Shown here one piece after another: positions 48,453-58,345 of a stretch of 64,000 nucleotides of DNA; the first letter of the stretch is position 1, and every line of letters starts with the position of its first letter. The stretch spans positions 8,259 to 72,258 of the forward strand of contig DIMA01000018.1 in NCBI GenBank assembly GCA_002425325.1, given 5' to 3'. The notes beneath the pieces were generated by a model, which did not search any database, was not told where the DNA came from, and saw nothing but the letters and a program-made list of their open reading frames with translations. The DNA comes from Bacillales bacterium UBA5578. GTDB taxonomy: Bacteria > Bacillota_I > Bacilli_A > RF39 > UBA660. The translations under genes and the position numbers were made by a program.

Positions 48453-49304
48453 ATGTCTAAGATAATTGTTATACCAAATACTATAGATAATATTTCTAAT
48501 ATAGATGCAGATGCAATATTATTAGGAATAAATGGATATAGTGTTAATACATTAAATATTAATATAGAGGATTTAGATTTATTAAACTATAATGGTGATT
48601 TATTTATTTCTTTAAATAAAAATTTAATGAATGAAGATTTAGTTATTATAGAAAATATATTAGTTAAACTTAATAACTATAATATAAAAGGTGTATTTTA
48701 TTATGATGTAGGTTTATTAAATATAGCAAATAGATTAGATTTAAACTATAGTTTAATATGGTCTGCAGAACATTTAACAACTAATTATTTTACAATTAAT
48801 TATTGGAAATCTAAGGGAGTAAGTGGAACATTTTTATCAAATGAAATTACTATAGATGAAATGTTAAGTATTAGAGATAATACTGATTCAATATTAATTG
48901 CTCAAATGTTTGGATATATTCCTATGTATGTATCTAAAAGACACGCAGTTAAGAATTATATTAAAAATTTTAATTTAGATTCAAATAGTAATAAATATTA
49001 TATATATAAAGAAGAGAAAAAATATTCGATTGTAGATAATGAAGATGGAACAATGATATATTCTTCATTTATATTAAATGGATTAGAAGAATACTTAAAC
49101 AATATTGATAAGTTTGATTATATATTAATTAATGGATATGAAATAAGTGATGAAAATTTAATTAAGGCAATTGATATTTATAAAAACATTAATAAAGATA
49201 ATTTAGATAAATCAGAAAAAATGTTAAGTGATATGTTTGATAATTTAGGAAAAGGGTTCTTGCATGAAGAATCAATTTATAGGGTGAAGAGAAATGATAA
49301 ATAA
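48453..49304 (+). CDS. U32-family peptidase-like protein (YrrN/RlhA-partner type).
   Basis: Adjacent to and overlapping a canonical U32 gene (a yrrN-yrrO-like pair). GGAGG RBS before the Met at 48453. Confidence 0.45.
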   Translation: MSKIIVIPNTIDNISNIDADAILLGINGYSVNTLNINIEDLDLLNYNGDLFISLNKNLMNEDLVIIENILVKLNNYNIKGVFYYDVGLLNIANRLDLNYSLIWSAEHLTTNYFTINYWKSKGVSGTFLSNEITIDEMLSIRDNTDSILIAQMFGYIPMYVSKRHAVKNYIKNFNLDSNSNKYYIYKEEKKYSIVDNEDGTMIYSSFILNGLEEYLNNIDKFDYILINGYEISDENLIKAIDIYKNINKDNLDKSEKMLSDMFDNLGKGFLHEESIYRVKRNDK

Positions 49305-50493
49305 ACCAGAGTTATTAGCACCAGCAGGTGATTTAGAAAGACTTAAAGTAGCACTATTATATGGAGCTGATGCTGTATATTGTGGTGGTCCTGCTTTTGG
49401 ATTAAGGGCTAATGCTACAAACTTTACATTTGAAGAATTAAAAGAAGGTGTAGAATTTGCTCATTCACTTAACAAAAAAGTATATGTAACTGTAAACATA
49501 GTTTTACATAATAGAGAAGGAAATGAATTATTAGATTATCTAAAACAATTAAATGAAACTAATGTAGATGCTATTATAGTAAGTGATCCTTATATAATTG
49601 ATATGGCAATAAAGTATACGGATTTAGAAGTTCACTTATCTACACAACAATCTACAATGAATAAAGAAGCATGTAAATTTTTCTTAGAACAAGGTGTAAA
49701 GAGAATTGTACTTGCGAGAGAATGTAATAAAGAACAAGTTAGAGAAATAATTAATGAAGTTCCAATAGAAATAGAAACATTTATTCATGGTGCAATGTGT
49801 GCTGGAATAAGTGGTAGATGTGTTTTATCTAATTTCTTAACAAATCGTGATGCAAATAGAGGTGGATGTAGCCAAATTTGTAGATGGGATTTTCAATTAT
49901 ATGATGAAAAAGATAATTACATAGAAGGTGAAAAAGATTTCACGTTATGTAGTAAAGATTTATCATTACTTGAATTTATTCCTGAAATGATAGATATGGG
50001 AATTAAATCATTTAAAATAGAAGGAAGAATGAGATCTATATATTATATTGCAACAGTAGTATCAATATATAGAAAAGTAATTGATGAATATTGTAATCAA
50101 AAAGAAACATATGCATATAATAAGGAATATGAGAAGATACTTAGAAGATGTGCTAATAGAGATTCAGTAGCGCAATTCTTTAATGGTAACTATGATTATA
50201 CTTGTAGTTATTATAATGGACGTATGGAAGTATCTAATCAAGATTTCTTAGGACAAGTATTAGAATATGATGAAGAAAAAAAATTAGTTATTATGGAGCA
50301 AAGAAATTATTTTGAAAAAGGAGACGAAGTAGAAATATTTAGTCCTAATAAAGAAACTATTTCATTTATTATTGATGAAATATATGATGAAGATGATAAT
50401 TTAATAGATGTAGTAAGACATCCAAAACAAATTTTTAAAATTCCTTTTGATATTAAATTAGATAAATGGGATTTAATGCGAAAAAAATATTGA
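49294..50493 (+). CDS. Peptidase U32 family protein (YrrO/RlhA-like).
   Basis: 'KPELLAPAGDLERLKVALLYGADAVYCGG..FGLRA' is the canonical U32 N-terminus. 'CSQIC' Cys motif. Confidence 0.75.
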   Translation: MINKPELLAPAGDLERLKVALLYGADAVYCGGPAFGLRANATNFTFEELKEGVEFAHSLNKKVYVTVNIVLHNREGNELLDYLKQLNETNVDAIIVSDPYIIDMAIKYTDLEVHLSTQQSTMNKEACKFFLEQGVKRIVLARECNKEQVREIINEVPIEIETFIHGAMCAGISGRCVLSNFLTNRDANRGGCSQICRWDFQLYDEKDNYIEGEKDFTLCSKDLSLLEFIPEMIDMGIKSFKIEGRMRSIYYIATVVSIYRKVIDEYCNQKETYAYNKEYEKILRRCANRDSVAQFFNGNYDYTCSYYNGRMEVSNQDFLGQVLEYDEEKKLVIMEQRNYFEKGDEVEIFSPNKETISFIIDEIYDEDDNLIDVVRHPKQIFKIPFDIKLDKWDLMRKKY

Positions 50494-50551
50494 CATTAAA
50501 AGCAAAAAGTAGTATCATTTGAAATGTTTATAAATAAAGGTTGGTGTTATT

Positions 50552-51025
50552 ATGAAAAAAGAAAATACAATCTACTTAACTGAAGAAGGTTTAGAAGAAA
50601 TCAAAAATGAATTAGAGGATTTAAAATTAGTTAAAAGACCAGCAATTATTCAAGCTTTAAAAGACGCAAGAGCTCAAGGTGACTTAAGCGAAAATGCTGA
50701 ATATGATGCGGCTAGAAATGATCAAGCTCAAGTTGAAGCTAGAATTCAAGAATTAGAAGCTATGATTGAAAAAGCTGAAATAATTAAAGAAGTAGATACA
50801 ACAAGTGTTTCATTAGGTACTAAAGTTACTATTGAGTATTTAGATGATAATGAACAAGAAGAGTATTCAATTGTTGGTAGTAAAGAAGCAGATCCTTTTA
50901 CAAATAAAATATCAAATGAATCTCCTATAGCACGTGCTATTTTAGGACATAAAGTAGGAGAAACTGTTAGCGTTGATAGTCCTAATGGAAAATATGACGT
51001 TAAAGTTGTTTCAATTTCAAAATAA
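50552..51025 (+). CDS. greA: Transcription elongation factor GreA.
   Basis: 'YLTEEGLEEIKNELEDLK...RPAIIQALKDARAQGDLSENAEYDAAR' matches the conserved GreA sequence. Confidence 0.9.
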   Translation: MKKENTIYLTEEGLEEIKNELEDLKLVKRPAIIQALKDARAQGDLSENAEYDAARNDQAQVEARIQELEAMIEKAEIIKEVDTTSVSLGTKVTIEYLDDNEQEEYSIVGSKEADPFTNKISNESPIARAILGHKVGETVSVDSPNGKYDVKVVSISK

Positions 51026-51050
51026 AAAGATAGGTTAACTATCTTTTTTT
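51026..51050. terminator. Bidirectional terminator shared by greA (+) and clpP (-).
   Basis: aaagatagg-ttaa-ctatcttttttt. Confidence 0.6.
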
Positions 51051-51615
51051 ATATTATTTTATCTATTATTCCATAATTTAATGCTTCTTCAGCGCTCATA
51101 AAATTATCTCTTTCAGTATCATTTTCAATCCTTTTAATATCTTGATTAGTATTTTTAGATAATATTTTATTTAATTTTTCTTTCGTTTTTAAAATATGCT
51201 CTGCAGCTATTTTAATTTCAGTTGCTTGTCCTTCAACTCCTCCTAATGGTTGATGAATCATTATTTCACTATTAGGTAAACAAAATCTTTTACCCTTTGT
51301 ACCACTTGATAATAAGAATGCTCCCATAGAAGCTGCCATTCCTATACATATAGTTTGAACATCACTTTTTATATAATTCATTGTGTCATATATTGCAAGT
51401 CCAGCACTTACACTACCACCGGGTGAATTAATATATATACTTATATCGTCATGACTTAATGAATCTAAATATAATAATTCAGCTATTACTATAGCAGCAC
51501 TATGATCTGTTATTTCATCACTTAACATAATAATTCTATCTTCTAACAATCTTGAATATAAATCATATACTCTTTCTGTACTATGTTTTTTTTCAATAAT
51601 ATTTGGAATAATCAA
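51049..51615 (-). CDS. clpP: ATP-dependent Clp protease proteolytic subunit ClpP. The start was moved to a TTG preceded by GGAG, giving the conserved '[10 protein letters not shown]' N-terminus.
   Basis: '[15 protein letters not shown]...[19 protein letters not shown]...[11 protein letters not shown]' contains the catalytic Ser in GxSxG. 'HQPLGG' supplies the His. Confidence 0.85.
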   Translation of the reverse strand: MIIPNIIEKKHSTERVYDLYSRLLEDRIIMLSDEITDHSAAIVIAELLYLDSLSHDDISIYINSPGGSVSAGLAIYDTMNYIKSDVQTICIGMAASMGAFLLSSGTKGKRFCLPNSEIMIHQPLGGVEGQATEIKIAAEHILKTKEKLNKILSKNTNQDIKRIENDTERDNFMSAEEALNYGIIDKII

Positions 51616-51724
51616 ATTATCAACTCCTATAATTATAATAGTCAATATATATTTAAATATTCAAAAAGTAATGACAAAGTATACATTTTTTGATAAAATT
51701 ATTATGAGAATAGAGGGTATTATT

Positions 51725-53386
51725 ATGGGAAAAAAAATAATGATAACATGTGATGGCTTAAGTGATAATGAAGTTATTGTTGGGACAACATTAAAGGAAA
51801 TAAGTGAAAAGGTAAAAGACAATTTTAAATATGATATCTTATTAGCAAAAATAGATAATGATTTAGCTGAGTTAACTGATACAGTTACTAGAAATTGTGA
51901 TGTAGAATTTTATGATAGAAGTTCTACATTAGGAAGATATATCTATATTTCTAGTGCTACATTTATGTTAATTGTAGCAGTTAAAAATATATTAGGACCA
52001 GATGCTAAAGTAATTACTAAACATTCATTAGATAATGGAGTTCTATGTCAAATAGAAGGTGTTGATATTAATAGAACTATATTAAATCAAATTAATGAAG
52101 AGATGCATCGCTTAGCTAAAGAAAATCTATTGTTTGAAAAAATTAGTGTTTCTCGTACAGATGCTATAAAATATTTTAAAAATAAAAAACAATTAGATAA
52201 AGTTAATGTATTAAAATATATATCTAATACATATGTTAATTTATATAAATTAGATAATTGTTATAATTATTTTTATAGTAAATTAGCTTATAGTACTGGA
52301 CAAATAGATGAATTTGAAACTAATTATTTATATGCTAATGATTTTGTATTATCTGTACCAACATTATCAAAACCAAATAAGATGACTGAATATAGTCATC
52401 ATACAAAAGTAGTTGATGCATTTAATAGAGCAGAAGAATTTACTAGTAAATTAGGTTGTGAATATGCAGCAGATGTTAATAGAGTAGTATCTGATGCTAA
52501 AATAACAGATTTAATTTTATTAGCTGAATCTTATTATGAAAGTCAATTACAAAGAACTGCTGATGACATTTCATCTAAAAGAGATGTTAGATTAGTTTTA
52601 TTAGCAGGCCCATCTAGTAGTGGTAAAACAACAACTTCAAAGAAAATTATGAACTATTTAAAGAGTAATGGTCATGGTGTATTACAAATTTCTGTTGATA
52701 ATTATTTTAAAGAATTAAAAGATACACCAAAAGATGAAAATGGTGATTATGACTTTGAATGTATTGAAGCTGTAGATACTGAATTATTAAATAAACATTT
52801 AGTTGATCTATTAGCTGGTAAAGAAGTTGAATTTCCTACATATAATTTCTTAACAGGTAAAAGAGAATATAATGGTAATAAAGCTAAATTAGGAGCTAAT
52901 GAAATAATGGTTATTGAAGGTATACATGCTATTAATGATCAAATGACTTTCTCAATAGAGAAAAAATTAAAATATAAAATTTATATTAGCCCATTAGTAA
53001 ATATTGGTATTGATAGCCAAAATTATATTCATACTACAGATATTAGAAAATTACGTCGTATAGTTAGAGATAGTAAAACTAGAGGAAAGACTGCTTCTGC
53101 AACATTAAAGATGTGGCATTCTATACGTAAGGGTGAAGAAAAATATATTTATCCATATCAAGATGATGTAGATACAGTAATTAATTCTAATCTATGCTAT
53201 GAAATAGGGGTATTAAAAACATATGTTGAACCTTTATTATTCTGTGTAGATGAAAATGATAATGTTTATCCAGAAGCATTAAGATTAATAAATTTCTTAA
53301 GAAACTTTTTACCTATACCAAGTGATGATATACCAATAAATTCTGTATTAAGAGAATTTATTGGTGGAAGTTGTTACAAAGATTAG
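51725..53386 (+). CDS. Uridine kinase/phosphoribulokinase-family P-loop kinase fused to an N-terminal ThrRS-like TGS domain. The start was moved to the Met after the RBS.
   Basis: '[17 protein letters not shown]' is the Walker A of the PRK/uridine kinase family. The N-terminus '[23 protein letters not shown]' is TGS-like. Confidence 0.5.
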   Translation: MGKKIMITCDGLSDNEVIVGTTLKEISEKVKDNFKYDILLAKIDNDLAELTDTVTRNCDVEFYDRSSTLGRYIYISSATFMLIVAVKNILGPDAKVITKHSLDNGVLCQIEGVDINRTILNQINEEMHRLAKENLLFEKISVSRTDAIKYFKNKKQLDKVNVLKYISNTYVNLYKLDNCYNYFYSKLAYSTGQIDEFETNYLYANDFVLSVPTLSKPNKMTEYSHHTKVVDAFNRAEEFTSKLGCEYAADVNRVVSDAKITDLILLAESYYESQLQRTADDISSKRDVRLVLLAGPSSSGKTTTSKKIMNYLKSNGHGVLQISVDNYFKELKDTPKDENGDYDFECIEAVDTELLNKHLVDLLAGKEVEFPTYNFLTGKREYNGNKAKLGANEIMVIEGIHAINDQMTFSIEKKLKYKIYISPLVNIGIDSQNYIHTTDIRKLRRIVRDSKTRGKTASATLKMWHSIRKGEEKYIYPYQDDVDTVINSNLCYEIGVLKTYVEPLLFCVDENDNVYPEALRLINFLRNFLPIPSDDIPINSVLREFIGGSCYKD

Positions 53387-53400
53387 AAAGAAGGAATAAT

Positions 53401-54408
53401 ATGACAAAAGTTGCAATAAATGGATTTGGTAGAATAGGAAGATTAGCATTTAGACAAATGTTTAATGTTCCAGGATATGAAGTAGTTGCTATTAATGACT
53501 TAACTAGTCCTGAGATGTTAGCACATCTACTAAAATATGATTCAGCACAAAAGAAATACGAATTAGCTGATACAATTAATTATGAGGAAGATGCTATTAT
53601 AGTAGATGGTAAAAGAATACCAGTATATAAAAATAGTGATCCATCAACATTACCTTGGGGTGAATTAGATGTAGATGTAGTTCTAGAATGTACAGGATTC
53701 TTCTGTTCTAAAGAAAAATCTATGGCACATATTAATGCAGGAGCAAAGAAAGTAATTATATCAGCTCCAGCTGGTAATGATTTACCTACAATTGTTTATG
53801 GTGTTAATGAAAATATTTTAACTAGTGAAGATAGAATTATAAGTGCAGCTAGTTGTACTACAAACTGTTTAGCTCCTATGGCTAATGCTTTAAATAAATA
53901 TGCTACAATAGTTTCTGGTATTATGACTACTGTTCATGCTTATACTGGAGATCAAATGATTCTTGATGGACCACATCGTAAAGGTGATTTAAGAAGAGCT
54001 AGAGCAGGTGCTATTAATATAGTTCCTAATTCAACAGGAGCAGCTAAAGCAATTGGTTTAGTTATTCCAGAATTAGCTGGTAAGTTAATTGGTGGAGCAC
54101 AAAGAGTTCCAGTACCAGATGGTTCAATTACATTATTAGATGCAGTTGTTGAAAGAGAAGTAACAGTAGAAGAAATTAATGCTATGATGAAGAGTGTTTC
54201 AAATGAAGTATATGGTTATACTGAAGAAGAAATTGTATCAGGAGATATAATTGGTGAAACACATGGTTCTATATTTGATGCAACTCAAACTAAAGTAATT
54301 AATTTAGGAGATGGAAGATCATTAGTACAAGTTGTAGCTTGGTATGATAATGAAAATTCTTATACTAGCCAAATGGTTAGAACTGCTAAGTATATAAGCA
54401 ATATGTAA
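53401..54408 (+). CDS. gap: Glyceraldehyde-3-phosphate dehydrogenase (type I).
   Basis: '[13 protein letters not shown]' binds NAD. '[10 protein letters not shown]' holds the catalytic Cys. Start set at the Met after the AGGA RBS. Confidence 0.9.
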   Translation: MTKVAINGFGRIGRLAFRQMFNVPGYEVVAINDLTSPEMLAHLLKYDSAQKKYELADTINYEEDAIIVDGKRIPVYKNSDPSTLPWGELDVDVVLECTGFFCSKEKSMAHINAGAKKVIISAPAGNDLPTIVYGVNENILTSEDRIISAASCTTNCLAPMANALNKYATIVSGIMTTVHAYTGDQMILDGPHRKGDLRRARAGAINIVPNSTGAAKAIGLVIPELAGKLIGGAQRVPVPDGSITLLDAVVEREVTVEEINAMMKSVSNEVYGYTEEEIVSGDIIGETHGSIFDATQTKVINLGDGRSLVQVVAWYDNENSYTSQMVRTAKYISNM

Positions 54409-54420
54409 AGTAAAATAAAA

Positions 54421-54456
54421 AAATAGAATTTACATTGTATGTTCTATTTTTTTTTG
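54421..54456 (+). terminator. Rho-independent terminator after gap.
   Basis: aaatagaa-tttacattgtatg-ttctattttttttt. Confidence 0.55.
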
Positions 54457-54488
54457 CTATAATCAGTTTGTAGAATAGAGGTAGTGTT

Positions 54489-55448
54489 ATGGCATTAATA
54501 TTGTTATTATTATCAATAGCACCAGTTGTATTTTTTGGATTCTTAATATACAACAGGGATAGAGAAAAAGAACCTACAGAAACTTTAATTAAATTATTTT
54601 TTTGTGGTGTTGGTTCTACATTCTTAACATTATTAATTACTTATATATTAACTATGATTTTTCCATTTTTTGGTTATGAAATGGATCAATTAAATATTTT
54701 AACACTTATACCTTATGTATTTATTGGTGTAGCATTAGTAGAAGAATTTTGTAAATGGATATTTGTTTATAAATTAGAATATAATGATCAAGAGTTTAAT
54801 CATTTATATGATGGTATAGTTTATGCTACTTTTGTATCATTAGGATTTGCTTGTTTTGAAAATATCTTATATGTATTTAGTTATGGAATACAAACTGCTA
54901 TAGTAAGAGCCTTACTTGCAGTACCAGGTCATTTATGTGATGGTATTATGATGGGGTATTATTTATCATTAGCAAAAGCTGCATTATTTAATAACAATAA
55001 AAGTTTATCAAAAAGAAATTTATTATTTAGTTTAGCTGTACCTACAGTAGCTCATGGTTTATATGATTATTTATTATTTGCATCAGATATCTCTGATAAT
55101 AGTATATTTATATTATTATTTTTAGTATTTGTTGTATTCTTCTTTGTATTAGCATCTAAGAAAGTTAAACAATTAGAAAAATCAACAATTAATTTGAATC
55201 CAAATTATATAAGTAAAAATGTAAGAGCACAAATGCAATATCAAGTATATAACAATGGATATATTTATCCTCAAGTAAATTATCAACAATATAATGTTCA
55301 ACAAAATAATATACAACAACCTCAAAATGTATATGCTCCTGATTCATTTAATCCATATACTAATCAAGAAGTTAAACCTAAATATTGTAGTAATTGTGGA
55401 ACACCTATTATAGGAAAATATTGTAGTAATTGTGGAAAAGAAGTATAA
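54489..55448 (+). CDS. PrsW-family intramembrane protease with a C-terminal Q/N/Y-rich segment and a terminal zinc-ribbon.
   Basis: 'VEEFCKW', 'FACFENILY' and 'VAHGLYDYLLF' are PrsW motifs. C-terminal 'CSNCGTPIIGKYCSNCG'. Confidence 0.6.
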   Translation: MALILLLLSIAPVVFFGFLIYNRDREKEPTETLIKLFFCGVGSTFLTLLITYILTMIFPFFGYEMDQLNILTLIPYVFIGVALVEEFCKWIFVYKLEYNDQEFNHLYDGIVYATFVSLGFACFENILYVFSYGIQTAIVRALLAVPGHLCDGIMMGYYLSLAKAALFNNNKSLSKRNLLFSLAVPTVAHGLYDYLLFASDISDNSIFILLFLVFVVFFFVLASKKVKQLEKSTINLNPNYISKNVRAQMQYQVYNNGYIYPQVNYQQYNVQQNNIQQPQNVYAPDSFNPYTNQEVKPKYCSNCGTPIIGKYCSNCGKEV

Positions 55449-55465
55449 ATTACTTCTTTTTTTTG
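55437..55465 (+). terminator. Rho-independent terminator after the prsW-like gene.
   Basis: gaagta-taaat-tacttctttttttt. Confidence 0.55.
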
Positions 55466-55503
55466 ATATAATTGAAAAAAGAAAGAAAAAAAGCATAAAA
55501 AAA

Positions 55504-55531
55504 CTTGACTTAAAATATATTTATGCTATAA
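55504..55531 (+). promoter_or_regulatory. Strong sigma-A promoter of the infC-rpmI-rplT operon: TTGACT, 16 nt, TGcTATAAT.
   Basis: 'cttgacttaaaatatatttatgctataat'. Confidence 0.65.
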
Positions 55532-55674
55532 TCTTGTTTAGTGAAAAAGGAAAGCGATGTGTCCACATCCACCTGATTACCCAAGGTAATAGGTAGTAAG
55601 CCAATATATAATAATGGTTTTTAAAGTGGATACTCCGGTATACACTTTTTTCATGGTATAAGAGTGATTGGGAG
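55532..55674 (+). promoter_or_regulatory. infC-operon leader region. Candidate L20-responsive autoregulatory leader with an attenuator-like hairpin plus T-run.
   Basis: 143-nt untranslated leader between the promoter and infC. 'gtggatactccggtatacactttttt' hairpin plus T6. Placement is as for the Firmicute L20 leader. Confidence 0.4.
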
Positions 55675-56214
55675 GTGTTTGTTATCGCAAACAAAGAAAA
55701 AGGTTTGTTCATAAACGAACAAATTAGAGCTAAAGAAGTTATGGTTATTGGACCACAAGGAGAACAATTAGGAATTAAATCTACTAAGGATGCATTAACT
55801 CTAGCAACCTATGCAGGATTTGATCTTGTTTTAATTAATCCAAATGGTAATCCACCAGTAGCAAAAATTATGGATTACAATAAGTTTAAATATGAAAACA
55901 AGAAAAAACAAAAAGAAAATATTAAGAGACAAAGAGAAAGTAATTTAGAAATGAAAGAATATAGATTATCTGTATCTATAGATGTTCATGACTTTGATAC
56001 TAGAGTAAAACAAGCATCTAAATATTTAGAAAAAGGTCATAAGGTTAAAGGATCAATTAGATTCCGTGGTCGTGAAATGGCACATACTGATTTAGGTCGT
56101 GATGTATTATTACGTTTTGCAGAAGCTTTAAATGAAGTAAGTGATGTAGAACAAAAACCTATTTTAGAGGGACGTAATATGACAATGATACTTATACCAA
56201 AGAAAGAAAAGTAG
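55675..56214 (+). CDS. infC: Translation initiation factor IF-3 (non-ATG start; the ORF as given begins with GTG).
   Basis: 'KEVMVIGPQGEQLGI...AGFDLVLINPNGNPPVAKIMDY' is the conserved IF-3 sequence. Confidence 0.9.
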   Translation: MFVIANKEKGLFINEQIRAKEVMVIGPQGEQLGIKSTKDALTLATYAGFDLVLINPNGNPPVAKIMDYNKFKYENKKKQKENIKRQRESNLEMKEYRLSVSIDVHDFDTRVKQASKYLEKGHKVKGSIRFRGREMAHTDLGRDVLLRFAEALNEVSDVEQKPILEGRNMTMILIPKKEK

Positions 56215-56224
56215 GGAGGATATT

Positions 56225-56431
56225 ATGGCAAAAGTAAAGAAAGTTAAAGCAAAATCTCATAAAGGAACTCAAAAAGTTTTAAATGTAAGAGATGGTGGTT
56301 CAATTAAAATTGGACATCCAGGAACTAGACATAATACTGGTAAGAAAAATGCTGCTTCAAATAGAAGTGGAAGAAGTTTATCTGCATTATCTAAAGCAGA
56401 TGCTAACAGATTAAAAAAAGTTAATATTTAA
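56225..56431 (+). CDS. rpmI: 50S ribosomal protein L35 (divergent).
   Basis: Small basic protein between infC and rplT. 'MAKVKKVKAKSHKG'. Confidence 0.7.
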   Translation: MAKVKKVKAKSHKGTQKVLNVRDGGSIKIGHPGTRHNTGKKNAASNRSGRSLSALSKADANRLKKVNI

Positions 56432-56452
56432 TTATAAGAAGGAGGAATTTAC

Positions 56453-57007
56453 GTGGCAAGAGTAAAAGGAAGTAATATCCATGCACAAAGAAGAAAGAAA
56501 ATTTTAAAACGTGCTAGAGGATATTTTGGAAGTAAACATAAATTATATAAAACTGCTAAAGAACAAGTAATGCATTCTTTAAAATATGCATATAGAGATA
56601 GAAGACAAACTAAGAGAAATATGAGAAAATTATGGATAACTCGTATTAATGCAGCTTGTCGTATGAATGATATTAGTTATTCTAAATTTATTTCAGGTTT
56701 AAATAAAGCTGGAATTACAATTAATAGAAAGATGTTAAGTGAAATAGCTATTTGTGATGATAAAGCATTTGCTGAATTAGTTAAAACAGCTAAAGATGCT
56801 TTAAACGGAAAAGTAGCTGCAAAAGCTGAAACTAAAGAAGTTAAAGAAGTAAAAGAAACTAAAGCAGTTAAAAAAGAAACTAAAAAAGAAGAAGCTACTG
56901 ATTTAAGTAAATTAACAGTTGCTGAATTAAAAGCATTAGCTAAAGAAAAAAATGTTGAAGGTTATACTTCAATGAAAAAAGCTGAATTAATAGATGCTTT
57001 AAAATAA
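56453..57007 (+). CDS. rplT: 50S ribosomal protein L20 with an unusual ~65-aa C-terminal extension (K/E-rich linker plus Rho_N/SAP-like motif).
   Basis: Residues 1-118 are canonical L20 ('[26 protein letters not shown]...'). The extension ends '[34 protein letters not shown]'. Confidence 0.85.
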   Translation: MARVKGSNIHAQRRKKILKRARGYFGSKHKLYKTAKEQVMHSLKYAYRDRRQTKRNMRKLWITRINAACRMNDISYSKFISGLNKAGITINRKMLSEIAICDDKAFAELVKTAKDALNGKVAAKAETKEVKEVKETKAVKKETKKEEATDLSKLTVAELKALAKEKNVEGYTSMKKAELIDALK

Positions 57008-57088
57008 TCAATTTATTTGATTATTTTTTTGTTGTTTTGACAAATTATATGACTTTGTGTATAATATGCCATAAATCAAAAAAGAGGG

Positions 57089-58345
57089 GTGAATATAATG
57101 TTATTAAGTTATGAAGTATCAATTACAGCTAACTCAGTTTTAGTTAAAAATGGTATGAGACCTAAAATGAGTATATTAGATAATAGATATAGAAATTTTA
57201 CTGATGAAGAATTAGCGGTAATAGAACATTTAGAATTAAATAATTATACTAATATTGAAGAATTAGTGCATTTTCCTAATTTAAAATCATTAGTAATTAA
57301 AAGTAGTAACTATAATGACATTATTCCAGATGTTGATTATAGAGAATGTACTGCTATAAATCATATTGAGAATTATGAACAATTATCTAATTTAAGTAAT
57401 TTAGAAGAATTAGTGATTGAAAATGATTTATATATTGAAAAATTAGATTTAACTAATTTAAATAAATTAAGAAAATTACATTTAATAAATAATGCTAAAT
57501 TAAAAACTATAGTTGGATTAGAGGATATAGAAACTTTAGATGATGTGTTAATGTATGGTAATCCATTTAGTTGTAAATTTAATATAAATAAATATGCACA
57601 AAATACGTCATTAGCTTATAGAAATATATTAGACATTAATTTATATATTGATGCTATTTATGGTGATAGAAATATAGCTAAGACATTAATGAATATGGAA
57701 ATTGCTGGTTTAAGTAAAATTTTATTTGCTGAAAAAAGTGGATTTTTAAATTATTCAACAATTAACTGTCAATGGTTATATGATATGTTTATGAAATTAG
57801 ATGTTTTCTTTAGAAGAAATAATATGTATAGCATGAGTGATTATGAAAAATGTATGTTTGTATTTAACTATTTAATAAAGAATGTAGCTTTTTCAGAAGA
57901 ACAAATATTATCTAGAAATGCTGAATATATTGAAGCTAAAAATAGATTTAATGATATTCCTGAACAATTAGTAGATAGATTAAATTTTATACATAGTAGT
58001 TATAGAGCTTATCATTTTAAATTTGCTAACTGTGAAGGTATAGTTAATCTTGGTGTATTTATGTTAAAGATGTTAGGATTAGATGCTTATAATGTTCATT
58101 GTAAAGATAAGAGAGCTAATTCTACGCAAACAAATCATTCTATTATAAGAGTAAATTTTAAAGATATACCTTTATATATGGATCCTACTTATGATAGAAA
58201 GAATAGTGATAAATATTGTTTAATTAACTTTGAAGAAATTTCTGAATATCATGATTTAGATTCTTTTGAATACTCATTATATAAGGAATTTACAGATAAA
58301 TTAGGAGGAAAAAAATATGTTAACTCAAATATTAATAAATGGTAA
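57089..58345 (+). CDS. Cytoplasmic protein with N-terminal leucine-rich repeats and a C-terminal transglutaminase-like (Cys-His-Asp) domain.
   Basis: LRR pattern 'L..LN.L..L.I.N...'. 'FANCEG' gives the Cys, 'NHSIIRV' the His and 'DPTYD' the Asp. Confidence 0.4.
   Translation: MNIMLLSYEVSITANSVLVKNGMRPKMSILDNRYRNFTDEELAVIEHLELNNYTNIEELVHFPNLKSLVIKSSNYNDIIPDVDYRECTAINHIENYEQLSNLSNLEELVIENDLYIEKLDLTNLNKLRKLHLINNAKLKTIVGLEDIETLDDVLMYGNPFSCKFNINKYAQNTSLAYRNILDINLYIDAIYGDRNIAKTLMNMEIAGLSKILFAEKSGFLNYSTINCQWLYDMFMKLDVFFRRNNMYSMSDYEKCMFVFNYLIKNVAFSEEQILSRNAEYIEAKNRFNDIPEQLVDRLNFIHSSYRAYHFKFANCEGIVNLGVFMLKMLGLDAYNVHCKDKRANSTQTNHSIIRVNFKDIPLYMDPTYDRKNSDKYCLINFEEISEYHDLDSFEYSLYKEFTDKLGGKKYVNSNINKW

Noticed and set aside
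51616-51645. The longer ClpP start (TTG at 51645) given by the ORF track.
   Set aside because: The downstream TTG at 51615 is preceded by a GGAG RBS at proper spacing and yields the conserved ClpP N-terminus 'MIIPNIIE'. The extension '[10 protein letters not shown]' overlaps the RBS itself.
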